Origin: Callorhinchus milii
Lineage: Eukaryota
NCBI RefSeq assembly: GCF_018977255.1
Contig: NW_024704743.1
Span: forward strand, 58,220,001-58,284,000
Reading direction: 5' to 3'
Length of the DNA stretch: 64,000 nucleotides
In this document: one piece after another, positions 1 through 13,203 of the stretch
Position numbering within the stretch: position 1 is the first letter of the stretch
Layout: every line of letters starts with the position of its first letter
Notes under the pieces: generated by a model
The model's database searches: none
What the model was told of the DNA's origin: nothing
Seen by the model: only the letters and a program-made list of their open reading frames with translations
Position numbers and translations under genes: made by a program

Positions 1-1171
1 AGAAGAGCAGTTAATTTGCAGTATGAAACATAGTGGCAAAAAAGCAAGTCTACCCCCAATTTGATTATATTACAAGCATTATTGGGTAGTTTCAAAGGCA
101 CACATCTTCATAGGAAAGCTTGTTTCCATTGTAATCTGTCTATAATGTATTGCACTGCAGATCAGACCAAATCTGTTTCTATAAACCCATCTACTCAAAG
201 TTTCAAAAGGCAAATCCACCTTTGACTAATTCAACCCCATGGTGTAATCTATTCTGCAATCAAAGTTGAATCATGGTTTTGCAAGACAAAATCAGGATCT
301 TTTTGGTCTTCATTTTGCTTGTCAATAATTCAGTATGATTTCTCATAGTCAAAGATGAAGAAAGTAAAAATAAATGGGCATAGAGTGAGAAGAAGGAACA
401 GGATTATTTTTGGATATATAACAGCCTGACAAACCAAACTTGCCTGAGGAAACAAAACAAAACATAATCACTTCTGAACCTGTAATCCATTATCTTTTTA
501 TCAGGGGCAAAATATATTAATCCTATAATGTTTTGGGATTTGTAAAATAAATTATCACATTAAGCTGGAGATCTAAGAGCACATGAGAGTGTTCTTTTCC
601 ATCTTGGTTATTTCTGTGCTTAAGGCAATTGCTTAATGTCATAAGTCTGTATTTTACAAATGTCAAAAAAGAATTTATTGCAGTTTGAGGCATCGAAAAA
701 AAGGATAGTTGTTAACAGTTTGAGTTAGCAGATGAAATTGAGGCTGTCAATCACAAATGCTTACAATTGACATGTATGGAAATGACAGGCTTTTATATCC
801 ACAGTCAAATCTATAATGTTAAATCCTCAAATGAAATACAACTTAATGCCCTTTGAGATTTAGCTAGACTTTGATGTCCAACAATGATTTAAAAGATTGA
901 TGCATGACTTGAAGATATTTTATTTGATAGAAATGCTGAAATTGACAACTACAGTATTTTGCTAATGAAATGCTCACATTTTTTAGTGTGAGTATCAAGA
1001 TCCTTTTATCGTAATTGTAGATATAAAGTTAACTGAGTGTGTTTGGTTACTCTTGAGCCACAAACATCTATTCTTTCAATGTACTGTTTATTAAGTTACA
1101 GCAGATAACAAGTTCAATGGGATGTTGGTTGAAATCTTTTGAATTCTTGCCTTTGGAACTCTTGCTTTCAC

Positions 1172-1345
1172 TAATCCTTGCATTTGATATAGCATTTATT
1201 TATAGGTGAACACAGCAGCTAATTTGTGCAAAGTTATATCCCTCAAAGATCCAGGAAGTGAATGAAAAATATTGATATCTGGAAAATTCAGGGAGAAACA
1301 CCCTTTTCTTTTTCAAATAGTATCACTCAGTGGGAATTCAATGGG
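1172..1345 (-). mobile_element. Old Deu-domain SINE, 3' fragment
   Basis: Starts with reverse-complement SINE tail TAATCCTTGCATTTGATATAGC, followed by degenerate Deu-domain sequence also seen in fuller copies (9135-9565). Confidence 0.6.
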
Positions 1346-2149
1346 AATCCTAGCACCGCTCACTCAAGAGCCAGATACTCCCCTCCCTGCTTCTTCCCTC
1401 CCTCCACCCAGACCCAACACATTCAGCATGTTTTGAAGTAAAATATCAATTGTCTAAGAGTGCATCTGTTTGGAAACTAGCAGTCAATATTATAATAAAC
1501 GTTTACATTGTGCCCTGCTTCTTTTGTGGTAGATTTTAATTTAAACCGAGCACAGAACAGGTGACATCATCGGGGATTACCATCAGTGAGGATTTGCTGA
1601 GCCAGGCATGGCGAGAGAATTACATTACCATGTACACAGTTTGGTGACAAGATTGTGGGAGCACTTTGGGCTAATGGCTGTAGCTATTGATGTTAATTCA
1701 GATGGTATTTGGCGAGGGAATTAATGACAGATTCCAATTGGAATCCAGGAATGAAAAGGATTCCAGTCCATTTTTGGTAATGGAAACATTCCCTCTCCAC
1801 ATAGGTTGAGTGTTTTTGAGGACCAGCAATATCAGAGAGGTACATGACCTGATTTCACCCGACGGGTACAAGATATGAGATAAATTATATGTGTGAGACC
1901 TTGATTTTTTTTCATTGAGTATCCATCCATCCAAACCAAATCTAAATTATGCATTTCCACTGTAGTTCAGGGAGGTATAATAAGGTGTAATAAGCGGATG
2001 TAGGTGTATTAGAATAAACATTTTAGTGGCACTTACAGAATGGCATTCCACCCGAACACACCGTTTGCTCTGCTACCATTATGGTTAGAGGTAAATTCTG
2101 AGTAAACTGGGAAGGCTGGCAATTATGAGCAGTGTTAGATATCTCATCA

Positions 2150-2435
2150 TCCTCCGCCCTAAAGCACATACCTCAACCCCACTTCCCCACCGTTTGCCAT
2201 TTTATGTTCAGCTGCTGAATCCCTCCATTCACTAAAATCCCTCTGGAAATCCTCCCAGGTCGCACCTTCTTTTCCTGTTCTCAAAGCCCTTCTAAAATCC
2301 GACCTCTTTAACTATGCTTTTGGTCGCCCTCCTCACCACTTCTTCCCACCTTACTCAACAAGCTACATTATCCCCATGAAGTACTTTGAGCCATTTTCTT
2401 ATGGAAAGACACTGTGTAAATCCAAGTTGTTGTTG
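2150..2435 (+). mobile_element. Old L2 LINE 3' end
   Basis: C-rich body (CTCTGGAAATCCTCCC...CTAAAATCCGACCTCTT) ending GACACTGTGTAAATCCAAGTTGTTGTTG, like the other L2 tails here. Confidence 0.55.
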
Positions 2436-3274
2436 AATGGTCATTATTGTAGATTACAATCACCTCACCATTAAAAATGTCAGTTGCCATCCGTGCCTCC
2501 AGTTTTATTTTAAAAGCTTCTGGCAATTATGTATATAGATCTACTTCCTATCGCTTGTAACTATTTGGTTAAAAAGAGTCATTGTGAATTGAATATATCA
2601 CTTTTTGTTATTCTTTTTCAAAAGAAAAGCTGCATTGTAACAAGGTTATGAAAGACTATTGACTGTAAGAAGACTTGTTAAGGAAACACAATAAATAGAT
2701 TGGATTTTTAAAACTGATGTATTGATATTATCATTTAGACTGCTTACCTCAAATAACAAACACCATAATTAGCAACTTTATTTATTACTGATCCTTGCAT
2801 ATAGTAGTCAGTGAAGCTAAAAAATCTATTTAGCATCTTACAAACCCCTTATATCCTATGCACAGAATTGATTTCTATATAAGTTGTAATTTATAATGGC
2901 CTTCAAAGTTTTGAATAGCAATACTGTGTTTTAAGATAATTAATGGCATGGTTGTCTGATTCCTGGCCACATTACATCTATTGGGAATATGAGTAACAGA
3001 AAGTCTTGTCTGGCAGATCTGTGGCTGACCGCAGCTGAAAAACTAATATTGGTTAACCTCACTTTCTCAGTAGGGATGAATGAATCATTGAGACTTCAAA
3101 TCTCTAGTACACTTTTATCTGAGATATCCCAAACCCATTGAGTGTGCATCAATAATAATGATAATCCATGCATTTGAGATAGTGCTTGATCACGTTGTTG
3201 AGCTGTGAGTATTTTTTGGGTGAACAATGGCCAAACCCTTCTCCCACCCACCCCGTCCAAACCATGGACATTTG

Positions 3275-3590
3275 TGCAGTCCTGTAGCGTATTGGCTAGC
3301 ACGCTCTCCTCACAAGTGAGAGGACCTGGGTTCAATTCCCAGGTGGGGAAAAACCTTAGGAAAGTTTTGTTATTCCACACGCCTCTCTTTACCTAGCAGT
3401 AAGTAGGAAGCCGATTATTAGTCGATTGGTGAATAGCTTTTTGGAGTACTAATTCCTCAAAAAAAATTTGATCACTTAATCCATGACTATTGGTGGAAGA
3501 CTGCTGTGTGCAATTGGCTGCCATGTTTCACCCATAAAATATAGTCAATATATTACATATACTGTGATGCACAAGGATTATTATTACTAT
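3275..3590 (+). mobile_element. tRNA-headed SINE, long-form older subfamily
   Basis: Head GTCCTGTAGC...GGTTCAATTCC (B box), extra internal segment CCTAGCAGTAAGTAGGAA, tail CAAGGATTATTATT. Confidence 0.85.
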
Positions 3591-3977
3591 TTATGGAAGG
3601 CACTAAAACACATTGTAATTTTGCACATTCATTCAATGGCAGCAGGAGGGAAGCATTGTCGGGGGCAAGATTTTATTTTTTAAAATCCTTTTAGTTTACA
3701 AAAATAGTGATAGTTGGATGAAGATTAGATGGGAATCTCATTTTAGGGATCACAATATCTACCTTCATTCTCTTGGTTCATGAGTTTCTAAAAAATACTT
3801 GATTAGATTACTGCCTTGTAATTCACTCCCAATCATTCAGTATTCTATCTTTCCTGTGTTGAGGTCAAATGAACTTCCACACTTCTGAGGCCCAGCATTT
3901 CTGATGCTTTTAGCCTTGACATCATTATTTTCAATTTTAATTTCTATTGTTGCTGAATTTTGCATAACTATCAGTTC

Positions 3978-4200
3978 AACAACAACAGCTTCCATTTATT
4001 CTGAGCCCTTCATGTAGGGTAGTGTCTCGAGGGCATGGGTTTCAGTGTTCTAGATAGTTTGCAGCCTATGTAGGGAAGAGTTGGGGAGTCAAGCTAACAA
4101 GGCATTAGCGTAGTCAAGTCTGGACATGATGAAAATGTGGATGAGGACACCTGATGGAGAAGTAGTGGATGGAGACAGGCAACTTTACAGAGATTCCTGT
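3978..4200 (-). mobile_element. Old L2 fragment (tail plus C-terminal ORF2 remnant)
   Basis: (CAA)n tail on the + strand; minus-strand translation resembles LIHIFIMSRLDYANALL, the motif seen in other L2 copies. Confidence 0.6.
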
Positions 4201-4237
4201 ATAATGGTAGCACCATAATAATAGATATTAATGATAG

Positions 4238-4668
4238 GCTGCATCAGGTGATAGTACTCACACTGCTGGATCAGAACGTCATGGGTTCAAGCTCCACGTC
4301 AGGGCTTTGAATTCACAGACTGACACTCTAATGCAGTCGGGCCAAGCTTTCTGGTCAACCAACAAAATAAATTTTCTTGATTGAAAATTTCTTGATTTAT
4401 TCCAAGAATAAAATCAAAACACACTAATGATTGAACACCTAGACTCGAGCGAATAATCAGGGAGATGCTTCTTGTTGGCCCTGCAGGCCACTTCCAGCCC
4501 ACAGGCCATAGGTTGGCCACCAGTAATCTAATGCAATGGTAAGGGGGTCCTGGATTGTCAATCATGGATAAGTCATTATCAGGTGGATGTTGAAGATTAC
4601 AGTGACATTATTTGAAAAGAGACAGGAATTTCTCCCAGTTTCCTTGCCAGATAAAATTGGTTATTGGT
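4238..4668 (+). mobile_element. Old Deu-domain SINE split by a hAT MITE
   Basis: tRNA-like head with GGGTTCAAG at ~4283; resumes after 4525; Deu core CAGGTGGATGTTGAAGAT at ~4580. Confidence 0.7.
4334..4525. mobile_element. Non-autonomous hAT (Charlie-like) DNA transposon, 192 bp
   Basis: 8-bp TSD CTCTAATG (4326-4333) / ATCTAATG (4526-4533); degenerate TIRs CAGTCGGGCCAAGCT and (rc) TACTGGTGGCCAACCT; end GCCCACAGGCCATAGGTTGGCCACC is typical of Charlie-type MITEs. Confidence 0.7.
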
Positions 4669-4679
4669 CAAAATTCCCT

Positions 4680-4770
4680 TCCCTTTTCAAATATTGCATG
4701 GGATCTTTCACATCCATCAGAACAGGCAAACAGGGCATTGGTTTAACATCTCATCCGAAGGACAGCAACT
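4680..4770 (-). mobile_element. Deu-domain SINE fragment
   Basis: Reverse complement of the Deu core (CATGGGATCTTTCACATCCA...GGTTTAACATCTCATCCGAAGGACAGCA). Confidence 0.7.
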
Positions 4771-5394
4771 AATAATACCTAATATCTGGTGTAGCAAATA
4801 TACCAATTTTGCCTGTTCTGAGGCAAACACATTGTACCTTAATATTCAAACTTAGACCCCAAAACTCTGTCCTTCTGTGTTAAAGGGAAAATATTGCATG
4901 CATATTTTATGTAACATCTGTGTTTTTGTGTGATTCCTAAATCTTTTGCAGATTATTACTAAAAACGGACATTGAATATGCCTATGAGCCTTAGGTGAAC
5001 TTATACAATGATTTTGTAGGATTTTGTGGCAAATAATCACAAAAAAGCTGCACCCAATCTCTACGCACTGATGCATTGAGGGTTTTGTTCGGGGGGTGGG
5101 GGTTGCCAGAACTGCAGTGTAATCAGCAGTTTACAGTATTTGAAAAGATGTGTAGTATTTAATATGAATACAGACATCAAAATAATAGCGTTGCAATCTG
5201 TAGGAGACAAATCAGTGTGATCGAGAGAGCTGTGTCCACTGTAATCTTTTATAGATCAGCTGAATCTTGAACAAAGGCTTTTTTCTATTTGTATGATCTA
5301 ACTACACTGTATCAGTTACTTTCAGAATGTACTTTATCTTAGGTCTGTGCACAATGAAAGATGCCTTTCTTCTGCATTTTATATGGTTAAGTGT

Positions 5395-5510
5395 TCTGAG
5401 ACACCACCCTGCATGAAGGGGGCTATATAAGTGCAAATTGTTGATATCCTTCTGATGTGAAAGGCGCTCTACAAATGTAATTTTGTTGTTGTTGTATTGT
5501 TGTTGTTGGT
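5395..5510 (+). mobile_element. Two tandem ultra-short L2 3' tails
   Basis: GCATGAAGGGGGCTATATAAGTGCAAATTGTTG followed by GATGTGAAAGGCGCTCTACAAATGTAATTTTGTTGTTG. Confidence 0.65.
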
Positions 5511-7599
5511 TCTGCCTTGTATGAAGCAGGAGAGTACACTGGAGATCTTTTTGAAAGAGAAGCCAAATGAATTGTAATTGTTTATGGGTCTTAAATACAA
5601 ATGTATCTTAGTTATTGTATTGGGAAAGCAAGTTTGAAGAGGTAATTCACTCTCTATCAAACTACCCCAAATTGGAAGCCTATCTTCTTTCTATTGTTTA
5701 TCTATTAATCTGCCAGTTTGTCAGAAGCAAATCAACTATTGTACATTAACCTAGGCTAAACTAATCAAACTTGAGACCCAAACAAAATGTTAGCCATTCT
5801 CCCCCTATATCAATGTTTAATATTGTAAACACGCAGAATATTTTATCTTCCTTCTGCCTTAACTTGATGCCAAGATGAGAAAATAAAATTCTTACGTTTG
5901 AGATGTAGCACTTTCATTTCAAATGAGATCAAATGGGGTGATGGGCTTTGGTCATCCAAACCTCCTTGGGATCCATTTGTCCTTATTTTATTCAAGCTTC
6001 CCCAAGTCATTCTTCAATGTCGCAACCATATTTTCATTCATTGCACTAGAGCAAGCAATATTTCATTCATTGCACTAAAGCAAGAATAGTAATGGAAGAT
6101 TTTTAAAATGCAATATTAAACATCAACCGACAATTATATCACCAGAAAAAAATGTTTTGGGTTTGCTTTACAATCCATAATAATCATCCAGATAATTTAT
6201 CTGGGGCAAACATTTGCCTCTTGCCTTCACTGCTTCCCTTTAACAGTGTCCACTATGTAAACAAAGTCTGATTTTCATTTCCCATGGTTCACTGAATTAA
6301 TCATTATTGATCCCAAGTCTCACCTTGACCTAGATTTATTCTAATCATGGAACATTTCAGAATATCCAGAAATTCATGAATTCGTAAATACAGCCTTAAT
6401 TTCAAGTTGGTTTTCTGTAAGTTCTTATGAAATATCCGTCAGATAGCCAAATGACGAAACTCAGGCTTGGGAGGAGAAGTGTTGGACAGGGTTACCTGGA
6501 GTTCGGGTTCATGAAGAGAAAACTAACTTGAAAGTTAAAATTGAATTTAACAATTTCTGCACATGCCAAAATATTACACATATAGAGTAATCCAGGGTGG
6601 ATTTTCTTCCCATCATCCTTTTGCTGGTTTATTTCATGCTCGGGTGAACTTCCTTCACTAAATCAATAACAACAACTTGCACTCATATACCGGCTTTCAA
6701 GTAGAATGAACATCTCAAAGCATTTGGGGGTGTTCTATCTTGACAAGATTTGAGCTGATCCATATAATCGACTTTAAGTATAGTTCAGGTGTATTATTGC
6801 ATCCAGCAGATAATACAAGGTGCCTTGAAGAGGTTTGAATACATACATCTATGATTGAAATTTAGAACAGAGTATATTTCTGCATGCTTACACCTAATTG
6901 ATAGAAATAGTCTTGTACCAAAATAGCTAATAATATTTCCATATCAATAGCGATTATTATATTAAGAGCTAGGAATATTTTTATATTAATAACTAGGAAT
7001 ATTTCTATATTAATGACCAGTAATATTTCATGCATGTATAATAAATAGTACCCAGAGATAGGTTGATATTAGTAGATTTTTGCATGTTAGAGCAGGTTTT
7101 CTTTTTGAGCTGATGATATTTTGCCCTTTTTGTAATACTTATTTTCCTCTTTAAAAAGGTCTCAATTTGATTTGAACGGCAGCACGCTGTAATGTTTTGA
7201 AGGAAGGCTGTTTGAAATGCAGAAAACAGTTGCATCAGTTATAAGACTGCTTTGATTTTATTACTATGTTCATCATAGTTGCATTTAACTATCACTTAGT
7301 TCATAGGTTTCTACTTCATGTTTCAAAATGCAATGTGCCATTCCACAGAGAAACTGCCAAATGGGTAAATCATTTTGTTGTTGAATACCTCATAAAGTAC
7401 TAATGTGAATCATAATGACCCCTATTAAAAAGATAATGGTGTCCTTATGTATAATATTTTTGTGCTAAATACATGCAATTTCATATTGATTGCAGTTGGA
7501 GAATTACAATATGCAAGCACTGAATCATGCAACTGGAGCATTACAATTAAGACAACCACCACTATACAGTGAAGCAAAAATATAAGATAGCATGTCATA

Positions 7600-7860
7600 G
7601 ATCTAAAAAAAAGAATTTGAGAGGAATTTTTTTCACACAGAGCATGCTGAGAATGTGGATCTCACTGCCTGAAGCAATTAACGTGGTTGTGGCATTGAAA
7701 ACATGATGCATTCATGGGGGGCAAAGGAATAGAAAAGTAAGGAAGCAGGACGTGGAGAGAGGATTGGGAGGACTTCATGTGCAATATAAACACCAGAATG
7801 GACAAGTTGGGTAGAATGGACTTTTCACTGTTGTGTAGTCTATGGAATTCTTTGTGATTC
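7600..7860 (+). mobile_element. CR1 LINE 3' end
   Basis: TTTTTCACACAGAG...TGTGGATCTCACTGCCTGAAG (FFTQR..WN.LP-type C-terminus) followed by CR1 3' UTR-like sequence. Confidence 0.7.
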
Positions 7861-8259
7861 ACACAGATCTTGTTATTCATCCTTACATGCTTGAAATAAT
7901 TGTTCTAAACACACAAGCTTGACGTCACCTGATGTTTACTTTTAAATTTGATTTCTTCTCTCCCCTACTCTTTGAAACCTTGAAGCTTGGCCCTTCATCA
8001 AGGTAAAATTACAAACAGTTGTTGCCACATCAAGGTTCCTGCTAACACAATCTACAACTATTCATTACACATTAATACTGCAAAGCAAGAGTAATGAGTC
8101 ACAATGAAAGTCATCAATGCATATTGTCAGATACAATGGGGTCTACCATGCATTCTTCACTTACGATAATGACATTTCATTTGCTTTTCTAATAGGAAAT
8201 ACCAGTATAAATGCAGAATTAAATATTTACTCGGATTAATGGAGAGCACATGATAGAAA

Positions 8260-8400
8260 ATAATCCTTGCATTTGATAGAGCACCTGTTTCAAAGCGCTT
8301 CACAGGATTTAGTGTAAATTGTAGTGCCATGATGTGGGGCTTCAACCCACGAATTCCTGACTCAGAGATGACAGTGCTACCAACTGAGCCAGGCTGACAC
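8260..8400 (-). mobile_element. Deu-family SINE with internal deletion (head fused to tail)
   Basis: Tail TAATCCTTGCATTTGATAGAGC joined to head CTGACTCAGAG...GTGCTACCAACTGAGCCAGGCTGACAC. Confidence 0.7.
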
Positions 8401-8514
8401 ACAGATCCTAATATGGTCCATTGGAAACTCCCTTCTCTTTTCTAGTATTGTTGTGTGAACAGGCAAACATCATCTGAAGGTCAGCACCTCTGACAGTACA
8501 GCACTCTTCCAATA

Positions 8515-8615
8515 TTTAGAGGAATGAGCTATGAGCAATGATTAGACAAGCTAGTGCTTTTCACTCTTGGGAGAAGACAACTCAGAGGGGATATCATAGA
8601 GGTATACAGCATTCC
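8515..8615 (+). mobile_element. CR1 ORF2 fragment
   Basis: Translates as SYEQ*LDKLVLFTLGRRQLRGDIIEVY, matching the CR1 C-terminal motif LGLFSLE.RRLRGDLIEV. Confidence 0.7.
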
Positions 8616-8680
8616 TTAATTATCACCCAAAAAGGTACTGAAATTGAGGTAAAAAATGAGACCTTAAACCTAACATTAAC

Positions 8681-8715
<35 letters not shown>

Positions 8716-9019
8716 CCTTGCATTTGATATAGCGTTTTTCACGTCAGGAGGACGTCCCAAAGCGCTTCACAGAATACACTGTAAAGTGAATTGACTGTAT
8801 ATCTGTGGGCGAACGCGGCAGCCAATTGCGCACAGCAATGTCCCACAAACAGTCGTAGATTGAATATGACCAATTTACTATTGTTTTGGGTTTTGGAGGG
8901 ATTATTATTAGGCTCTGTGTGGAGTAAGGAAACTTGCCCAAGGTTTCGCCCTGTCTGGAATTGAACCCAGGTCTCTCACTTACAAAGCGAGTGCTCTAAC
9001 CACTGAGCTACAGGACTCC
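8681..9019 (-). mobile_element. Young tRNA-headed SINE, full length (tail type A)
   Basis: A box TAGCTCAGTGG, B box GGTTCAATTCC, Deu-type 3' part, L2-like stem-loop and (ATT)n tail; near-identical to the copies at 23331 and 27315. Confidence 0.95.
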
Positions 9020-9134
9020 ACAAGGTTTGGGCCTGAACACCCCTGACTTTGGGACAAATAGTTTGCCCTCCAGGCTTTTTGGAATTGAAAAACAAATATT
9101 TTTGGTTTAATTTGTCATTAGAATAGGTTCCAGG

Positions 9135-9565
9135 GGTTCCGGCTCAGTAGGCAGCACTCTTTCCTCTGAGTCAGAAGTTGTTGGCTCAAGCCTTATGTTG
9201 GGACTTCAAGCTCATAGCCTAGGCTGATACTCTAACAGAATGCTGAGGGAGCCCTGCATTGTCAGGGGTATCATCTTTCAGGTGAGATATTAAACTGAGA
9301 TCCCTGTCCATTCAGGTGGATGTTTCAAATCCTATAGCGCTATCCAAAAAGAGAAGGGATTTATCATGGTGTTCCGGTCAGCACTCCTCCAGATAAAATT
9401 GATCATTCACTTCATGGCTGCTTCTGGACACTGCTATGTGCAAGTTGGCTGCTGTTTTTGCCTACAAAATGCACATTGACTACAGTATATCCTGTGAAAC
9501 ACATTGAGATGTTTTGATGAAGTTATAAAGTGCTATATCAAATCAAATAATATTATTATATTATT
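9135..9565 (+). mobile_element. Old Deu-domain SINE (SacSINE1/AmnSINE1-like), near full length
   Basis: Head GGCTCAGTAGGCAGCACTCT...CTCTGAGTCAGAAG; Deu core CTTTCAGGTGAGATATTAAACTGAG...TTCAGGTGGATG; 3' part shared with the young SINE; TATT tail. Confidence 0.85.
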
Positions 9566-10309
9566 TTAGAAAACATTCCTCTATTATTGTCAGCAATAGT
9601 TAAGGAAGATTGCAATTTTTACCCTAATGTGCATTACTTTTACCCAAATGTCATGGGAATTACAGTATTCTCATGACATAGCTGATTAAATGCATGTCAT
9701 CTGAAGCAAAATGTAAAGACATATGGAAAACAATGCATTTCAGATTCATGTAATTTATCATATTTTGTGCAAAACATATTTTCTATAAATATCTAGACAG
9801 GTATATGTATATATTTATACAAGTATGTACAGCTACATATCCAGGTGTATGGTTTATTCGGCTTCAAGTGTTAATTAATGCATTGATGTACTCTTAGCTC
9901 CTTTAGAAACTTCCCTTCGGTATTCACACAGTTAAAAGTATTCAACTGCAGCAAAGCATTTTGCAGAGCTGAAATATCCCTAAAGGTTACATGTTGAATC
10001 TTCAGACCATTTGGTTTAAGTCTTTTAAATGCCATGCTGAAGTACAAATAGCCTTCCTCCAGCCCATGTCTTTCTATTAAAGAGCAGGTTAACACCACTG
10101 CTGAGATAAATGGTACTGCACAAAATTGATTTTACATTTGTACTTTAAGTGTGGTCAAATGTTATAAGCCTGTAAATCACAAACGCTGTAAAAGAAGTGT
10201 TGCTGAGAATAATACAACACTCTTGTGTTATATTCATGGAAGCTATTTTACTCGGTGTGGAAGAGTTGACCATGAAACAGAAAATGCTGTGGAATTATAT
10301 CCACATTAC

Positions 10310-11525
10310 TACAACAACAACAAATCATATTTGTATAGAGCCTTTCATGTCAGAAGGATGTCCCAAGGTGCTAGACAGTCAGGGATCCGCACCCGAGCTG
10401 GTGATTGGGATCAGGAGGGGTGGAGGGTGTAGAAGATAGGGTAGGAGGGTGACTGAAGGCACGGTCGAAGAGGAGGGTCTTGAGATGGGTCTTGAAGAAG
10501 ACAAGGGAGGTGGTGAATCGGAGGGACTGTGGGATGAAGTTCCAGAGGGTGGGGGCAGAGAGGCTGAAGACTAGCCCGCCAATGGAATGGGCAAGATGGG
10601 GGATGTGAAGCAGGTCGGACACCACTTAGTGGAGGAAGCGGATAGGTTGCTAAGGGGTTAGGAGGTCACAGAGATAGGGAGGAGCAAGGCCGTGGAGGGC
10701 TTTGAAGGTGAGGACCAGGATCTTGAGCTGTATCCTCTGAGTGATGGGGAACAAGTGGAGTCATTTGATAACACAAGATACTGTGGGGGCTAAGGGAGAA
10801 GGCGTTTGTGAAGATGAAGTAGAGAAGGTGTGAGAGGTAGGATCTGAACCATTCAAGCTCAGAAACATGAAGGTTGAGGTGAGAGGAAAGGTGGTGGATG
10901 AGGATAGAGTGGTCAACGGTATCAAAGGCAGCAAAGAGGTCAAGGAGGACAAGACGGTAGAGGGAGCCCTGGTCGCAGATGGACAAAATGTAATTTGTCA
11001 CTGTAACAGGGCTGTTTCTGTGTTGTGGGTGGCATGGAAACTCGATTGGAGGGATTCATGAAGGGAGTGGCGGGAGAGGAAAGAGCGAAACTGGGAAGCA
11101 ATGACTTGTTCCAGAACCTTGGAAAGGAAAGGGAGGTTGGAGATGGGTCCAGGGATGGGGGTTTTTAAGGATAGGAATGATGACGGCTGTTTTTAAAGAG
11201 GTGGGAATGGTGCCAGTGGACAGGGAAAGGTTTATGATATCTGTGAGTAGGGGCAAGGAGGTGAAGCTGGGAGGTAAGGACAGGAGTAGGGATGGGGATT
11301 TAAGGAGCAGGTGGTCGGTTTCATGTGAGGATGGGGCTGATAGGGTTCCAGAGCCTGGCACGGATGTGGGGTATGAAGGACAGTTGAGGGTAGAAAGGAT
11401 GCTGAGGTTCTGTATTCTCTGCTTGAGGTGTAGAGTGCATCCACAAAGCATGATACTGTCAGTGCCCAAGGTATTCAACCATTGACCGGAGCCATGCAAG
11501 AGGGCACTCTGTCTTGTTGACATTC
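10310..11525 (-). mobile_element. L2 LINE, truncated and internally rearranged
   Basis: (CAA)n tail at 10310; RT remnants LVLLDLFAAFDTVDHSIL (ORF 10666-11001) and LKTAVIIPILK (ORF 11056-11523). Confidence 0.9.
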
Positions 11526-12674
11526 CACTGGAGAAAGTTAGGCAATTTGGCCCAACTCATTTGTGCCAATATTTATCCTAATTTCTTCTCCCTCATGCAT
11601 GTGTGAAACTATTTTAATACGGTACCTATTTTAATCCTTGTTTTACAATTCACCGGTGAACATTATAGCATTTGAATTTATAAAACATCATTAAAATACA
11701 TTAAAGTAAAGACGAGAGCTCTTTTTGTGCTGTGGAGCGACATTTTCTAAAAACAGTACTGAATATTGCTCATTAAAAGCCCCTTCTACTTTGAGGTCCA
11801 ATTTGTTGCCTGATAAAGGACTGTCCCACTTTACCAGCGACTGTATAATTGTACTAGCTAAACTGTACTCTCATAATGCACTCTCATGTTACAAACTTGC
11901 ACCGAATTAGGTTAACTCAAATTCTCAAACTGGATTCGGATTATGAACTGCATTTCTCTAAAAATCTAAATATAAATTCAGTATCAGAACAAATAAAATA
12001 CAATGCATTTTACAAGCAGGTTTAAGGGTTATTCATTGCAATACATGTAAGGGACATTATGTTGTAGCAGCATTAGATTAGTGTCTATTTTCAAGATTAC
12101 CCTCTCCGCAGAATTGTCCACCTGTCAAAGGTCAAGCATAGTAAGTGAATGTGAAACATATGCTGCTAAAACTTGTCACTTGTCCCTTGTGAATGTAGAT
12201 TAATTTTCATGTCTTAGAAAATAAGCGTAAATCCAATATTTTTCATGACTGAAAAGCTTGTGTTCAGACCACTGTAGACAACTTCTAAGAGTATGGGTGA
12301 TTTGCGGATTTTTTCATTGGTTTTATAACTAGGAAAAAGCCCACAGTATATAGCTATATTACTAAAAACTTGATTGCCATTGGCTTACAAAGAAACCAAT
12401 GATTTAGAATAGTATTTTTAAATTATTGGGGCAACAAAAGAAAGATTATACTTTTATCGCAAAAAATGAAATGTGATATTCCTTAGCAGATTTACAGGGA
12501 TGTGCAGAATATAATTGGCTCATAAGCATGATTTCTTATATTCAGTATAATGCAACATATTTATGTATGTATTTATGTTAAGTACAATTGCTAAAGGTCC
12601 TCCAAGCTTCAGATGGAGGGTTTATTGGATATAACCAGGTCAACACAAGTGAATGTATATCATTAAAATACATT

Positions 12675-13203
12675 AGAATATACAGCACAGAAACAGCCCA
12701 TTCAACCCAACTGGTCTCTGCCTGTGTTTATGCTCCACATGAACCTCCTCCTGTCCTTCCTCAACTAAGCCTTCAAGCACAAAGCCTTCTTTTCCTTTCT
12801 CCCTCATGTAGCTATCTAGCTTCCCCTTAAATAAATCTATGCTATTTGCCTCAACAACTCCTCACGGTAGCACGTTCCACATTCACACTACTCTCCATGT
12901 AAATAAATTTCTTCTAACTTTCCTATTTGATCTATTTGTGACTATTTTATATTGATGCCTCCTGGTTTTGGTCTCCCCCGCCAGTGAAAACATGTTCCCT
13001 ATGCCTACCCTATCAAATCCTTTCATAATTTTAAAGACCTCAATCAGGTCACCCCTTACCCTCCTCTTTTCAAGAGAAAAGAGTCCAAGCATGTTCAGCC
13101 TTTCCTGATAGGTATAACCTCTCAGTTCTGGGATCATCCTTATGAATCTCCTTTGTACCCTCTCCAGTGCCTCTACATCCCTTCTATAATGTGGGGACCA
13201 GAA
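12675..13203 (-). mobile_element. CR1 LINE 3' end
   Basis: ORF 12883-13137 YQERLNMLGLFSLEKRRVRGDLIEVFKIMKGFDRV followed by CR1 3' UTR. Confidence 0.92.

Noticed and set aside
1545..1934. Possible decayed coding sequence in a slightly GC-richer stretch
   Set aside because: Stops in the frames I translated and no recognisable motif, including ORF 1698-1934.
6030..6088. Short tandem duplications (also ~6969-7017, 13200-13252, 51784-51824, 59618-59655)
   Set aside because: Ordinary slippage duplications with no further structure.
8744..8941. Recurrent small ORF family MGKFPYST... (also 23295, 27391, 32690)
   Set aside because: Read-through of SINE copies, mostly from TTG starts; similarity reflects the repeat, not coding constraint.
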